From Octopus sinensis (taxonomy: Eukaryota): DNA of 64,000 bases. Below, one piece after another: positions 62,953 through 64,000 of this stretch. The stretch is from NCBI RefSeq assembly GCF_006345805.1, contig NC_042999.1, forward strand, positions 48,174,001 through 48,238,000. Direction: 5' to 3'. Made by a program: the position numbers and the translations under genes. Below the pieces are notes generated by a model, which saw only the letters and a list, made by a program, of their open reading frames with translations, was not told the origin of the DNA and searched no databases. Each line of letters starts with the position of its first letter. The first letter of the stretch is position 1.

Positions 62953-64000
62953 TAAATTCCATCCTATATAACCCAGGACATGTACAATAATTTGTAGCTA
63001 TACTTCGGATATAAGAGCCGTATGTTTTTTATTAGTTCTCCGTAGATATTCTCTATCCGCACACCAAAGTTTTGACGAAATATCAACATATCCACGAAAG
63101 CTAATATCTCCAACAAAGCAGCATTTTGGAACGTGTCCCATAAAATAAAATGCAGCATATTTTGCTTAGATCGGACTACTGCATTTATTGATGTGCTGCG
63201 CCAAAATCCTTTGTAGTTAAATGTTTGGATACATTCTCGTTCTGGTGTGTTTTTTATATGACCAGCAGCACAATCCTTTCGACGAATAGCGTTGGATATG
63301 GTAACAGCATTAATGTTGTGTCATATGGACTGGTTGTTTCCTGCTGACAAATATTATGTGTGTGTTAATATATATTTATACCTTACTAATCATAAATGCC
63401 AGCCACGATGCATCACGTTGAAAAAAAATTCAATAAATTCTCATTACAACTGGATTTTTCCTGCTTCCATCAGTTTGCGCCTTTGTTGTGGTTGAAGTGT
63501 TTTCATTTTAACAGTGCAGCTAGATAATTATATTCTTTAAAAATATTTACAAAGAAAAATTATCGAAATAGATCAAACGCAGTCGGATGAGAAATCGGAT
63601 AATCCGATATTTGATTTAACATATGAATTATGGCAGACAGGTGTTAGAGTAAGAGCAGGACAAACAACTAATGAAGAAAAAAACGTTAAAAAGTCAATTG
63701 AAATACATGAATAAACCAACGTACATGAATGCGATTTTGTTTGTTCCGTGATGGTCATATGTTGGACAGGTGGCGGTCGTATAGCTGAATTATGTATCCA
63801 GTCGATTAAAATTTTGATCTCTTGCCAAATATCTCTAACAAATGTTTTCCCTTATACCTCATGGTTATGTCCAATTTTCAGCATTCTTCATGTTTTGCTG
63901 TTTCATTGTTTTGATCTTTCGATAATTTTCCAACCAAAATATTTAATTTGCTGCTCGTCTAGTTTCTATATATCCTAAACAGTCTTATGATTATAACCGA

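Overview
AT-rich eukaryotic intronic/intergenic DNA, saturated with microsatellites ((TA)n, (TAA)n, (GA)n, (GAA)n, (GATA)n). The repeat repertoire (CORE-type and other tRNA-headed SINEs, R4/Dong LINEs, Penelope-like elements) looks cephalopod, probably Octopus; this is inferred by eye, not by search. There is no intact long gene, and most entries in the ORF track are microsatellite or antisense-to-transposon artefacts. Supported content: a near full-length decayed mariner with TIRs (5.7-6.95 kb); a second, internally deleted Tc1/mariner; five fragments of R4/Dong-type REL non-LTR retrotransposons, the longest at 37.9-40.7 kb; a HERO-like tail; two Penelope-like elements (PLEs); a complete 300-bp non-autonomous Helitron; a Helentron-type non-autonomous element; and about 17 SINE copies from four families. 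The most notable signal is a set of minimal type-I hammerhead ribozyme motifs from several unrelated small cassettes, some with core variants (U3-A8, C4, long stem II). One sits in a composite PLE terminal unit built as tRNA-like Pol III head + microsatellite + hammerhead, arranged as inverted repeats around a PLE RT/GIY-YIG ORF (55.8-58.8 kb). Several short unique segments could be exons of a host gene, but strand and identity cannot be settled from the sequence alone.
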